A DNA stretch of 64,000 nt, taken from NCBI GenBank assembly GCA_032251295.1, contig JAVVDS010000002.1:4891-68890 (forward strand), given 5' to 3'. This DNA is from Desulfuromonadales bacterium (GTDB taxonomy: Bacteria > Desulfobacterota > Desulfuromonadia > Desulfuromonadales > BM103). The translations under genes and the position numbers were made by a program. The notes beneath the pieces are model-generated. The model was not told the origin of the DNA. It saw only the letters and a program-made list of their open reading frames with translations, and did no database searches. Positions 1 to 13,139 of this stretch are shown here, piece after piece. How positions within the stretch are numbered: the stretch's first letter is position 1; every line of letters starts with the position of its first letter.

Positions 1-1299
1 CAGTTGCGTGAGCTTGGGTTTAAGGTCGGCCGCCTCAAAACCGGCACGCCGCCACGCCTGGCCGCCGCCAGTATCGACTTTGCCGGGCTGGAACTGCAGC
101 ACGGTGATCTCGAACCGGTGCCGTTTTCCGCCGACACCGAAGGTATCGACCGGCCGCAGCTCCCCTGTCACATCACCTATACCAACCAGAACACCCACGA
201 GATCATTCGTGGCGGACTCGATCGCTCGCCTCTTTATTCCGGCGTGATTGAAGGGGTTGGGCCGCGCTACTGTCCGTCGATTGAGGACAAGGTGGTGCGG
301 TTTCCCGAAAAAGAACAACACCAGATCTTTCTCGAGCCGGAGGGTTTGACCAGCCGGGAAATCTACCCAAACGGGGTGTCGACCTCCCTCCCACTCGACG
401 TGCAGCTCGCCTACCTGCGGACGATCCCTGGCCTTCAGAGTGTCGAAATCAGCCGACCCGGCTACGCCATCGAATACGACTACGTCGACCCTGCACAGCT
501 GCAACCGAGTCTGGAGACCAAAAAAATCGCGGGACTCTACCATGCCGGGCAGATCAACGGCACTTCCGGGTATGAAGAGGCGGCCGGTCAGGGGCTGGTC
601 GCCGGGATCAATGCGGCACTGCGGGTGCGCGACGCAGAGCCGTTGATCATCGGCCGTGACCAAGGCTATATCGGCGTCCTGATCGACGATCTGGTCACTC
701 TGGGAGCGCCGGAACCGTACCGGATGTTCACCTCGCGTGCCGAATACCGGCTGTTGCTGCGTGAGGGGAATGCCGACCAGCGCCTCAGCCCCTTCGGCCG
801 CCGGGTCGGCCTGTTGCCTGATGAACGCTGGCGGCGTTTTGAAATAAAACAGGCTGAACTGGATGCCGGCCGGCGTTGTTTGCGTGCCGGAAAAGTCGTC
901 CCCGGCGATCGCGCCGCGATCGAGCAGCTCGGCCTGGGCGCGCTGCAAAACGGTGCCACCCTTGAAGAGCTGCTGCGGCGGCCGGAACTGACCCTCGACG
1001 ATCTGCTGTTCTGCCAGCCGGAACTGGCAGAACTGAGCGGCGACGTCCGCGATGAACTGCAGACCGAGATCAAATACGCTGGCTACATCGCGCGACAACT
1101 CGAACAGGTCAACAAATTCCGCCGCCTGGAAAACCAGGCGATCCCGACCGGTTTCGATTACGACCAGATCAGCGGTCTGTCAGCCGAAGTCCGCGAAAAG
1201 CTGAAAAACGGACAGCCACAAACCCTTGGTCAGGCCGGCCGCATTCCGGGAGTGACCCCGGCAGCCATTGCGATACTGGCCGTGGTGCTGAAACGGTAA
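1..1299 (+). CDS. mnmG: tRNA uridine 5-carboxymethylaminomethyl modification enzyme MnmG (GidA), C-terminal ~430 aa; the 5' end lies outside the window
   Basis: Frame 1 is open from base 1 to the stop at 1297-1299. The translation carries MnmG hallmarks: GRLKTGTPPRL, GPRYCPSIEDKVVRF, YHAGQINGTSGYEEAAGQG, FTSRAEYRLLLR. rsmG follows 7 nt later, as in the conserved gidA-gidB pair. Confidence 0.95.
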   Translation, partial: QLRELGFKVGRLKTGTPPRLAAASIDFAGLELQHGDLEPVPFSADTEGIDRPQLPCHITYTNQNTHEIIRGGLDRSPLYSGVIEGVGPRYCPSIEDKVVRFPEKEQHQIFLEPEGLTSREIYPNGVSTSLPLDVQLAYLRTIPGLQSVEISRPGYAIEYDYVDPAQLQPSLETKKIAGLYHAGQINGTSGYEEAAGQGLVAGINAALRVRDAEPLIIGRDQGYIGVLIDDLVTLGAPEPYRMFTSRAEYRLLLREGNADQRLSPFGRRVGLLPDERWRRFEIKQAELDAGRRCLRAGKVVPGDRAAIEQLGLGALQNGATLEELLRRPELTLDDLLFCQPELAELSGDVRDELQTEIKYAGYIARQLEQVNKFRRLENQAIPTGFDYDQISGLSAEVREKLKNGQPQTLGQAGRIPGVTPAAIAILAVVLKR

Positions 1300-1306
1300 A
1301 CGACCC

Positions 1307-1945
1307 ATGACCCTGGCGGAACGGCTCGACCACCAACAGATCAATCTGTCAGCGAGTGTCGTCGCACAGCTCGAGCGACTTGCGGTCGAATTGCAGCGCT
1401 GGAACGTGCGGTACAACCTGACCGCCATCACCGACCCTGCCGAGATTGATGAGAAGCATCTGGTCGACTCCCTGACATTGCTGCCGCTGATCAGCAACGG
1501 CAGCCGACTGCTCGATATCGGCTCCGGTGCCGGATTCCCGGCGCTCCCTGTGAAGATTGCCTGCCCGGATCTGACGGTGGTGACCGTCGATGCCGTTGCG
1601 AAAAAGGTCCGCTTTCAGCGCCATGTCGTCCGCGTTCTCGGCCTGAGCGACTTCCAGGCCGTGCATGGGCGCGTCGAAACGTTGGCAGGTGAGAGCGCGT
1701 ATCGCAAACGCTTCGACCTGGTGACCGCTCGGGCGGTAACCTCCCTGCCAAAGCTGGTCGCTCTGGCCGAGCCGTTACTGCGCCAGGAAGGCCGCCTGTT
1801 GGCGATGAAAGGCCCGGAAGCGCAGAACGAACTGCTGGCCTATGGCGATCAACTGGAAGAAAAAGGCTGGGTGTTCGCCTGTCATGACCAGATTCTCTGT
1901 CAGAGTGGTGCCAGGCGCTGTCTGGTCGAACTGTGGCGGAGGTAG
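1307..1945 (+). CDS. rsmG: 16S rRNA (guanine527-N7)-methyltransferase RsmG (GidB)
   Basis: 212 aa with the SAM-binding motif LLDIGSGAGFPALP, the typical RsmG length, and a position directly after mnmG. Confidence 0.9.
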   Translation: MTLAERLDHQQINLSASVVAQLERLAVELQRWNVRYNLTAITDPAEIDEKHLVDSLTLLPLISNGSRLLDIGSGAGFPALPVKIACPDLTVVTVDAVAKKVRFQRHVVRVLGLSDFQAVHGRVETLAGESAYRKRFDLVTARAVTSLPKLVALAEPLLRQEGRLLAMKGPEAQNELLAYGDQLEEKGWVFACHDQILCQSGARRCLVELWRR

Positions 1946-2110
1946 CGAAGTATGAGAAAACTGCCGCTGAGGCACAATATCGTGCGATTTAATTCTTTGA
2001 ATTGTCTATATATAGTGGTGCGCAAGAGAGGGCAAAAACTCTTTGCAGGAGCTTGGGGGTGTGGTAATCTCTACATTTTACAAGCATCTGCTTGAGATGA
2101 GGTAAGCTGG

Positions 2111-2878
2111 ATGGCCCGGATTATTGCGATTGCGAACCAGAAGGGGGGGGTTGGCAAGACAACGACCGCTGTCAACCTTGCGGCATCTCTGGCTGCTGCC
2201 GAAAAACGTACTCTGCTGGTCGATATGGACCCTCAGGGCAATGCGACCAGTGGTGTTGGCGTTGACCCCAACAGAGTTGAGCGGACCGTCTATCATGCCT
2301 TGCTCGGCCTGGAGTCGGCCCGCCTGGTCCTGCAGAAAACTGAACTGGAGCTGCTCTCGCTCCTGCCGGCCAATCCCGACCTGATCGGCGCCGAAGTCGA
2401 GTTGATATCCGCCCTGGCCAGAGAAAACAAACTGAAGGCCGCTCTGGCCGATATTGAAACCGACTTTGACTATATTTTGATTGACTGTCCGCCATCCCTC
2501 GGCCTGTTGACGATCAATGCCCTGACCGCATCCAGCCGCGTTCTGGTCCCATTGCAGTGTGAATATTATGCCATGGAGGGGCTGAGCCAGCTCATCAATA
2601 CAATCCGCCTGATTCAGCGCGAGCTGAACCCGAAGCTGCAACTTCTGGGCATTCTGCTCACCATGTTCGATTCTCGCAACAACCTGTCGCACCAGGTCAG
2701 CGAACAGATCCATGAGCATTTTTCGGCCGAGGTCTTTCAGACCATGATTCCGCGCAACGTCCGGCTTTCCGAAGCACCAAGCCACGGCCTGCCGGCCCTG
2801 CTGTACGATATCTCGTCACGCGGTGCGATAGCCTACCTCGACCTGGCTCGGGAAGTTCTCCGTCTGGAGCAGGAATAA
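2111..2878 (+). CDS. parA: Chromosome partitioning ATPase ParA/Soj
   Basis: 255 aa with the deviant Walker A IAIANQKGGVGKTTT and ParA-type motifs (LLVDMDPQGNAT, ILIDCPPSLG). Its stop abuts the parB start. Confidence 0.95.
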   Translation: MARIIAIANQKGGVGKTTTAVNLAASLAAAEKRTLLVDMDPQGNATSGVGVDPNRVERTVYHALLGLESARLVLQKTELELLSLLPANPDLIGAEVELISALARENKLKAALADIETDFDYILIDCPPSLGLLTINALTASSRVLVPLQCEYYAMEGLSQLINTIRLIQRELNPKLQLLGILLTMFDSRNNLSHQVSEQIHEHFSAEVFQTMIPRNVRLSEAPSHGLPALLYDISSRGAIAYLDLAREVLRLEQE

Positions 2879-3736
2879 ATGACAAAGCGACCAGCCCTTG
2901 GCAAAGGTATCGGTGCCCTGATTTCGTCGGCAACCCAGGAGGGGCGGCACAAGTATTTTCTCTGCCCGGTAGAAGAGCTGGTGCCGCATCGTCAGCAGCC
3001 GCGCAAGCAGTTTGATGACGCCAGGATGGAGGAACTGGTCGCCTCGATCCGGGAAAAAGGTGTGATCCAGCCACTGATTGTGCGCCAGGCGGGCGATGCT
3101 TACCAGATCATTGCCGGCGAGCGGCGCTGGCGGGCCGCGCAAAAAGCCGGCCTGAAAGAAGTCCCGGTGGTTATTCAGGATGTCTCGGAGAGCTGGGCTC
3201 TCGAGATGGCCCTGATCGAGAACATCCAGCGGGAAGATCTGAATCCGATAGAAGAAGCCGCCGCCTACCGCTACCTGATGGAAAATTTCGATCTGACTCA
3301 GGATGACGTGGCGCGTCGGGTCGGCCGTGAACGCTCGACAGTCGCCAACTCCCTGCGCCTGCTGCGCCTGCCCGGTATCATCCAGCAGGATGTGATCAGC
3401 GGCCGTCTCAGCATGGGGCACGCTCGCGCTCTGCTGGCTCTCGATTCGGCAACGAGTATCACCCGGGTTCGCGATCAGGTGATCGACAGACAGCTGTCGG
3501 TGCGCCAGACCGAGCAGCAGGTCAAAAGAGAGAAGCACGGGACCGGCCCCGCGCGAACCGGCAAGACCAGGCGCCCACTCTCGCCGGAGCATAACGACCT
3601 GGTGGCACGCCTGCAAAGACAGCTTGGCACCCAGGTAAAAGTCGTTCCGGACAACGATGCCGGTGGCCGCATTGAAATCAGCTACTATTCGGCCGTAGAA
3701 CTGGAACGTTTGCTCGAACTGCTCAAGGTCAGCTGA
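2879..3736 (+). CDS. parB: Chromosome partitioning protein ParB/Spo0J
   Basis: 285 aa with the ParB-box motifs GVIQPLIVR and IIAGERRWRAAQKAG plus an HTH region. The ATG immediately follows the parA stop. Confidence 0.95.
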   Translation: MTKRPALGKGIGALISSATQEGRHKYFLCPVEELVPHRQQPRKQFDDARMEELVASIREKGVIQPLIVRQAGDAYQIIAGERRWRAAQKAGLKEVPVVIQDVSESWALEMALIENIQREDLNPIEEAAAYRYLMENFDLTQDDVARRVGRERSTVANSLRLLRLPGIIQQDVISGRLSMGHARALLALDSATSITRVRDQVIDRQLSVRQTEQQVKREKHGTGPARTGKTRRPLSPEHNDLVARLQRQLGTQVKVVPDNDAGGRIEISYYSAVELERLLELLKVS

Positions 3737-3787
3737 TTTCGCCGCGACCGGCATTTCCCTTATAACGATTTAACGGAAGAGAAGGAC

Positions 3788-4237
3788 ATGTTCGCGAAAA
3801 AAGAGAAAGAAAAGGAGCGCGTGACGATGCGCAGGGACAGCTCACTGGAAAAAAGTGATATCAAGGCGTTTCTTGGTCCGGGCAGCCAGTTTGAAGGGAA
3901 GATGGTCTTCAACGAAATCGTGCGTCTCGATGGCAGCTATCGCGGCGAGATCAGCTCCCAGGACACCCTGATCATCGGTGAGACCGCAGAAGTTCAGGCG
4001 GAAATCGAGGTCGGCACTCTGGTTCTTAGCGGCCGCTTCAAGGGCAATGTCCGGGCGCGCAGCAAAATTGAGCTGCGGGCCCCGGCGCAGGTCGATGGCA
4101 GTCTCAGCACCCCGGCGCTATCGGTCGAAGAGGGTGTGATTCTCAACGGAACCGTGACCATGGGAACCAATGCCGCCGTGGAGACGGGGGCGAAACGGAA
4201 ACCGGAGGCCGAGCCCGACAAGCAGCCCCTGAAGTAA
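3788..4237 (+). CDS. Bactofilin-family cytoskeletal protein
   Basis: 149 aa. The repetitive beta-helix-type core (FEGKMVFNEIVRLDGSYRGEI, LIIGETAEVQAEIEVGTLVLSGRFKGNVRA, KIELRAPAQVDGSL) is flanked by charged, Pro/Lys-rich tails, as in the bactofilin (DUF583) domain. The exact start is uncertain. Confidence 0.75.
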   Translation: MFAKKEKEKERVTMRRDSSLEKSDIKAFLGPGSQFEGKMVFNEIVRLDGSYRGEISSQDTLIIGETAEVQAEIEVGTLVLSGRFKGNVRARSKIELRAPAQVDGSLSTPALSVEEGVILNGTVTMGTNAAVETGAKRKPEAEPDKQPLK

Positions 4238-4311
4238 CACGGTGGGGCCCGCTTTTTGCGGAAAAGCTGTTGACAGCATAACCCTGCTGTGGTAGTGATC
4301 GCCTGTTTTAG

Positions 4312-4332
4312 GCCTGCCCTGCGGGCTTTTTT
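4312..4332 (+). terminator. Weak intrinsic-terminator-like hairpin plus T6 between the bactofilin gene and the atp operon
   Basis: GCCTGC-cct-GCGGGC forms a 6-bp stem (one G-U pair, 3-nt loop), followed by TTTTTT at 4327-4332. Confidence 0.35.
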
Positions 4333-4398
4333 GTTCTGTACGAGAGCCGCGGGCAATCTTCTTTCGCCCCGGTGACGATGGCGGTACGCGAGGTATAG

Positions 4399-4827
4399 AT
4401 GATCGAACTCAACTGGACTCTTTTTCTGCAGTTCGCCAACTTCATGATACTGATGGCCGTGCTGAACGCCGTACTGTTCAAGCCGCTGCGTGGCGTGTTG
4501 AGTGAACGGCGCGCAACCATGGAAGGCGCACGTGCCCGGATTGCCGAACTGGAGGAGCAGGCCACGGCTCAGCAGGCCCGCTACGACCAGCAGCTGCAGG
4601 ATGCCCGGTTGCAGGCGACCCGGCAGCGGGCCGAACTGCGCCGTGCCGCCCAGCAGGAGGAAGGCACGATTCTTGGTAATGCCAACCGGCAGGCCGGTAC
4701 GCGGTTGAACACGCTCAAGGAGCAGATCGGCGCGGATGCGGCCACTGCCCGGCAGGTGCTGCGCGCCGAAACGGAGAGTCTGGCTCGCCAGATTGCCGGC
4801 AAAGTCCTCGGGAGGGCGATCCAATGA
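4399..4827 (+). CDS. F-type ATP synthase Fo subunit b' (second b-type stalk subunit)
   Basis: 142 aa with one N-terminal TM helix (WTLFLQFANFMILMAVLNAVLF) followed by a long charged helix (ARARIAELEEQATAQQARY...). It is the first gene of the atp cluster and overlaps the next b-type gene by 4 nt. Confidence 0.8.
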   Translation: MIELNWTLFLQFANFMILMAVLNAVLFKPLRGVLSERRATMEGARARIAELEEQATAQQARYDQQLQDARLQATRQRAELRRAAQQEEGTILGNANRQAGTRLNTLKEQIGADAATARQVLRAETESLARQIAGKVLGRAIQ

Positions 4828-5413
4828 ACTGGCGAACAGGGACGAATGTGAACGCCAAGCAAACGCTTTTGCTGACCTGCGGGCTGCTCCTGCTGCCGGC
4901 GCTGGTGCTGGCCGCCGGTGGCCCGGTGGATAGTGGTGCAGTGCTCAAGGATTTCATCTATCGCTGTATCAACTTCGCCCTGATGGTCGGCCTGCTGGCA
5001 TTTTTCGTCACCAGGCCGATCCGCACCGGCCTGAAAAACCGGCGAGAACAGATCGCAAAAGAGCTGGCCGAGGCGAATGCCGCCAAAGAGGCTGCTGAGC
5101 AGCGGTTCAATGATTACAGCGTTAAGCTGGCCAAGGCGAGTGAGGAGATTGGCCGTCTGGGCGAAGAGATCCGGCGCGAAGGCGAGCTGGAGCGTGAGCG
5201 AATTCTGGCTGCGGCGCGTGAGCAGGCGGCGAAGATCGAGCAGGAAGCGGAGGCCAAGGCCGCCGGTCTGCTGACCCGTGCCCGTGCCGAGCTGCGTGAA
5301 GAGGCGAGCCGGCTGGCGGTTGAGCTGGCCGAGGAGATGTTGCGCAAGACTGTCACGGCCGACGATCAAAAACGGCTGGTCGACGAATACATGCAGAAAG
5401 TGGGAGAACTCCA

Positions 5414-5417
<4 letters not shown>
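4824..5417 (+). CDS. atpF: F-type ATP synthase Fo subunit b
   Basis: 197 aa with an N-terminal hydrophobic region and then an extended Ala/Glu/Lys/Arg-rich coiled helix. It lies between b' and delta, with an ATGA overlap with the upstream gene. Confidence 0.85.
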
Positions 5418-7478
<2,061 letters not shown>

Positions 7479-7503
7479 CAACGCCGCAACCAGGTAAGGA
7501 CAG

Positions 7504-9854
<2,351 letters not shown>

Positions 9855-9899
9855 TATCGGTTACCCTTTAACTTTCTCCTTGCAGCCGAGGATGGACAG

Positions 9900-10313
9900 A
9901 TGGCGGAAAAGCTGAAACTGGAACTGGTCACCCCCTACAAACGGGTGCTCTCCGAGGACGTCGATGAGGTCACCGCACCTGGCCTGATCGGTGAATTCGG
10001 GGTTCTCCCCGGACACACACCGCTGCTGACCACACTGCGCATCGGTGAGTTGATCTATCGACAGGGCAATAAGTTGCACCATGTTGCGGTCAACTGGGGC
10101 TACGTCGAAGTCGAAAACGATACGGTTACGGTCCTGGTCGAAACGGCGGAACCGGCCGATCAGATCGATCTTGCCCGTGCCAAAGCCGCTCTGCAACGGG
10201 CCCAGGAGGCTCTCAAGTCGCTCCCCGGCGACGACCAGCAATTCAAGGTGATGGAAGCGGCACTGGAGCGCGCCCTGATCCGGGTACAGGTCGCCGGCAG
10301 AAAGCTGCACTGA
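9900..10313 (+). CDS. atpC: F-type ATP synthase F1 subunit epsilon
   Basis: 137 aa with a typical epsilon N-terminal beta-sandwich (LKLELVTPYKRVLSEDVDEVTAPGLIGEFGVLPGHTPLLT) and a C-terminal helical hairpin. It is the last gene of the cluster. Confidence 0.93.
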   Translation: MAEKLKLELVTPYKRVLSEDVDEVTAPGLIGEFGVLPGHTPLLTTLRIGELIYRQGNKLHHVAVNWGYVEVENDTVTVLVETAEPADQIDLARAKAALQRAQEALKSLPGDDQQFKVMEAALERALIRVQVAGRKLH

Positions 10314-10349
10314 CCGAACGAAGAGCGATAATGCCCCACCGGTATCAAC

Positions 10350-10383
10350 AACGAGGGCGGCCCCGAAAGTGGCCGCCCTCGTT
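10350..10383. terminator. Bidirectional terminator hairpin between convergent atpC and the TIM-barrel gene
   Basis: AACGAGGGCGGCC-ccgaaagt-GGCCGCCCTCGTT forms a perfect 13-bp GC-rich stem in the 92-nt convergent gap. The U-tracts are weak on both sides. Confidence 0.6.
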
Positions 10384-10405
10384 GCGTTGTGCCGTCTGCA
10401 GATGG

Positions 10406-11182
10406 CTATGCGAGACGGTCGCGCAGGTGCCGCAGGGAAATGAGCAGGTGCTCGGGAGAGTGCGCTTCGAGGGTCACACTCGGCCGGGCCGGAGTGCGCT
10501 GCAGCAGTCTGCAGAACAGGTCGAAGTCGATCCGGCCTGCGCCGATCGGCAGATGCTCGTCGGCTGAGCCGTGATTGTCGTGCAGATGCAGGTGCAACAG
10601 GCGCTCACCGAGGGCGTCGAGCCAGACATCCATGGGGGTTGCGGCAAACAGGCGCCAGTGGCCGATATCGAAGCAGTGACCGAACCAGGGGGAATCGAGC
10701 GTGTCGACCAGAGCACAGAGGCTGGTCGGCGTGCGCTCGTAAATATTCTCCACGGCGATGTGGTACTGCCCGGCGGCGGCCCGCGCAACCAGAGGCCGGA
10801 GGACGTCGACGGCGAGGCGCAGCCACTCCTGCTGCAGACCGGGATAGCGCCAGTCGTCGACGCCAGGGTGGACCACAATCAGTCGGGCATGCAGCGTTTC
10901 GGCTACGGTCAGGGTCTGCTCCAGCCGGTGCCGGGTGACCTCGCGGATCAGCGGATCGAGAGCCCCGGGGTTGAGATCGAAAAACGGCGCATGCACTGTC
11001 GGCCGGCGTCCGGCCTGCTGCAGACGCCGGGTAAGCCGGCCGACGGCGGCGGCGTCGAGATGATCGAAATCAGGCCCCTTGAAGGCGATTTCCGCAGTCA
11101 GCCCCAGTTCAAGGAGGAGGTCGAGAAATTCGTCGGCGCGCCCCCACGGGAGATGTGCCCCGATCGGCTCGGAAAGGATCAT
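10406..11182 (-). CDS. Xylose-isomerase-like TIM-barrel protein (sugar phosphate isomerase/epimerase, AP endonuclease family 2 fold)
   Basis: 258 aa with metal-ligand-type motifs of this fold: VHAPF, LIVVHPG, IAVENI, CFDIGH, LHLHDNHGSADEHLPIGAGRIDF. Confidence 0.8.
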   Translation of the reverse strand: MILSEPIGAHLPWGRADEFLDLLLELGLTAEIAFKGPDFDHLDAAAVGRLTRRLQQAGRRPTVHAPFFDLNPGALDPLIREVTRHRLEQTLTVAETLHARLIVVHPGVDDWRYPGLQQEWLRLAVDVLRPLVARAAAGQYHIAVENIYERTPTSLCALVDTLDSPWFGHCFDIGHWRLFAATPMDVWLDALGERLLHLHLHDNHGSADEHLPIGAGRIDFDLFCRLLQRTPARPSVTLEAHSPEHLLISLRHLRDRLA

Positions 11183-12186
11183 GCTTCGGCCCCGGAGGCG
11201 ATCTGTTCCAGCTGATTGATGGCGGGTCGCTCGCCGAGAGTAATGAGGGTGGCACCGGCAGTGATCGCCGTGGCCGGTGACGGGTTGAAGATCATGTGGC
11301 CGTCCGGCTGTTTGATGCCGACGATAATGATGCCCATCGACTGCCGAATCTCCGAATTAAGGAGGTTCTTGCCGACCAGGGGGGATGAGGCACTGACTAC
11401 GATCTCTTCCATCTGCAGTTCGACACTCTCACGCCCGGTGGCGATTTCGATAAAGTCGACCACTGAGGGGCGCAACACCGCCTGGGCCATACGAAACGCA
11501 CCGATGGTATAGGGGGAGATGACCTTGGTGGCGCCGGCCCGAAGCAGCTTCTTCTCTGACCCCTCCTCACCGGCTCGCGCCAGAATGAACAGCTGCGGGT
11601 TGAGACCGCGCGCCGTCAGGGTGATATAGACATTGTCGGTGTCGGAGGTGACCGCGGTAATCAGACCCTTGGCATGCTGGATGCCCGCGGTGAGCAGGGT
11701 TTCGTCATCGGTGGCGTCCCCCTCGACAAAGAGGTACCCCTCCTTGACAACCCGGTCAAGCATCTGCGAGTCACGCTCAACAACGACAAACGGCACCGGT
11801 TTGGCGTGAAATTCTCGACAGATCATGTGGCCGATGCGGCCGAATCCGCAGACAATGTAGTGATCCCTGAGTTTGCCGATCCTGGATTGCAATTTTCGCC
11901 TCCCGAGCAGATTGAGCAGCTGCCCCTCGACCATGTACTGAATCAGACTGCCAAGGCTCCAGGCGATGACGCCGGTGCCGCTGATGATCAGCAGGATGGT
12001 GAACAGCATTCCTTCCGGGCTGAGGTCATGGACTTCCTTGAACCCGACCGTCGCCAGGGTGATCACTGTCATGTACAGGGCATCGAACAGGGACCAGCCC
12101 TCGATCAGCGAATAGCCGACCGAACCGGAGGTGACCACACTGAACAGCAGCAGCAGGGAGATTTTTAGTTGGCGATGCGGATCCAT
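11179..12186 (-). CDS. MthK-like two-TM K+ channel homolog with cytoplasmic RCK (TrkA-N/TrkA-C) domains and an atypical pore signature
   Basis: The pore region reads YMTVITLATVGFKEV. It is followed by a Rossmann-type RCK (YIVCGFGRIGHMICREF) and a TrkA-C-like C terminus. The start is set at the ATG at 12186 (MDPHRQLKISLLLLF); the longer ORF-track version would run into the gntR promoter region. The stop overlaps the downstream gene start (ATGA). Confidence 0.85.
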   Translation of the reverse strand: MDPHRQLKISLLLLFSVVTSGSVGYSLIEGWSLFDALYMTVITLATVGFKEVHDLSPEGMLFTILLIISGTGVIAWSLGSLIQYMVEGQLLNLLGRRKLQSRIGKLRDHYIVCGFGRIGHMICREFHAKPVPFVVVERDSQMLDRVVKEGYLFVEGDATDDETLLTAGIQHAKGLITAVTSDTDNVYITLTARGLNPQLFILARAGEEGSEKKLLRAGATKVISPYTIGAFRMAQAVLRPSVVDFIEIATGRESVELQMEEIVVSASSPLVGKNLLNSEIRQSMGIIIVGIKQPDGHMIFNPSPATAITAGATLITLGERPAINQLEQIASGAEA

Positions 12187-12280
12187 GGCAGACCTGTGAA
12201 AGTACACTCTGATGATAGTCACGTGGCCGAAAGAAGGCAAGAAGTTAAGTGGGTTAACTCCTCCAGACAGGAGAAATGAC

Positions 12281-12309
12281 TTGACATAATTTGTATACTG
12301 TATACACTT
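12281..12309 (+). promoter_or_regulatory. Candidate sigma-70 promoter of the GntR gene with an embedded GntR/FadR-type palindromic operator
   Basis: TTGACA (12281-12286), a 16-nt spacer, then TACACT (12303-12308). The perfect 15-bp palindrome TGTATAC-T-GTATACA (12292-12306) fits the t.GT...AC.a pattern of GntR-family operators. It lies about 30 nt upstream of the GTG start. Confidence 0.5.
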
Positions 12310-12336
12310 TACCGAAGATCGACGTGGAGTGCTAAT

Positions 12337-13047
12337 GTGCGAAAAAAAGTGATCGAGCGGCATCAGACTTTGCGGGAAAAGATCCTGGAGACGATTCGGG
12401 ACGCCATCCTGCGCGGCAGTCTGAAGCCGGGGGAGAGAGTCTCGGAGCCCGAGCTGGCCGAGCGTTTCGGCATCAGCCGGACGCCGATTCGTGAAGCGTT
12501 TCGCCAGCTGGAGAGCGAAGGTTATCTGGAAGTCGTCCCGCGCAAGGGGGCGGTGGTCGCATCACTCTCCGAGCGCGATGTCGAAGAATTCTACGCCATC
12601 AAGAGCATCCTTGAAGGCTACGCGGCGCGCATGGCCGCGGAAAAGCTCAGCGACCGGGAAATCGAGCGGCTGGAAGCGATCAACGCGAAACTTGAAGAGG
12701 TCGCCGGCGAAGGCGATGTCAAGAGCTTCTTCCGCGTGCACAACGAATTCCACGACCTGTTCATCAAGGCCGCCGGCAATGACAAGCTGCAGGAGCTGAT
12801 CAACCAGCTGCTTCTTAAGTTCAATCGGCTGCGGCTGGCCTCCCTGGCACAGCCGGGGCGCATGCAGATCTCGGTGCAGGAACACAAGAAGATGATCGCC
12901 GCGTTTCGCGAGCATGACGGCGACCGTGCCGACGACCTGGTGCGCAAAACCGCCAGCATCGGCGCCGAAGTTCTCATTCATAACATGAAGGAAGGTCAGG
13001 ATGACACGGCTGCCGGGGGGCGTAGGCTGCCGCGGGTCGATATCTGA
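12337..13047 (+). CDS. GntR-family transcriptional regulator (FadR/FCD subfamily)
   Basis: 236 aa with an N-terminal winged HTH (LKPGERVSEPELAERFGISRTPIREAFRQLESEGYLEVVPRKGAVV) and an all-helical FCD-like C-terminal domain. GTG start, preceded by GGAG. Confidence 0.9.
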   Translation: MRKKVIERHQTLREKILETIRDAILRGSLKPGERVSEPELAERFGISRTPIREAFRQLESEGYLEVVPRKGAVVASLSERDVEEFYAIKSILEGYAARMAAEKLSDREIERLEAINAKLEEVAGEGDVKSFFRVHNEFHDLFIKAAGNDKLQELINQLLLKFNRLRLASLAQPGRMQISVQEHKKMIAAFREHDGDRADDLVRKTASIGAEVLIHNMKEGQDDTAAGGRRLPRVDI

Positions 13048-13083
13048 CACCAGCGGACACGCTGTAGGGTGTCAGGCGAATCA

Positions 13084-13115
13084 CAAAGGGGACAGGCGTA
13101 TGCCTGTCCCCTTTG
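13084..13115. terminator. Bidirectional intrinsic terminator between the convergent GntR gene and tal
   Basis: CAAAGGGGACAGGC-gtat-GCCTGTCCCCTTTG forms a perfect 14-bp stem whose A-run and T-run ends can give a U-tract on either strand. Confidence 0.7.
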
Positions 13116-13139
13116 CAGGTCTGGCCGGTGAGTTGTTGC

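Noticed and set aside
1946-2110. The AT-rich rsmG-parA intergenic region, considered as a possible oriC / DnaA-box cluster or parS site.
   Set aside because: I found no TTATCCACA-type boxes (the best is TGTGGTAAT, a poor match) and no parS-like palindrome. It is more simply the parAB promoter region.
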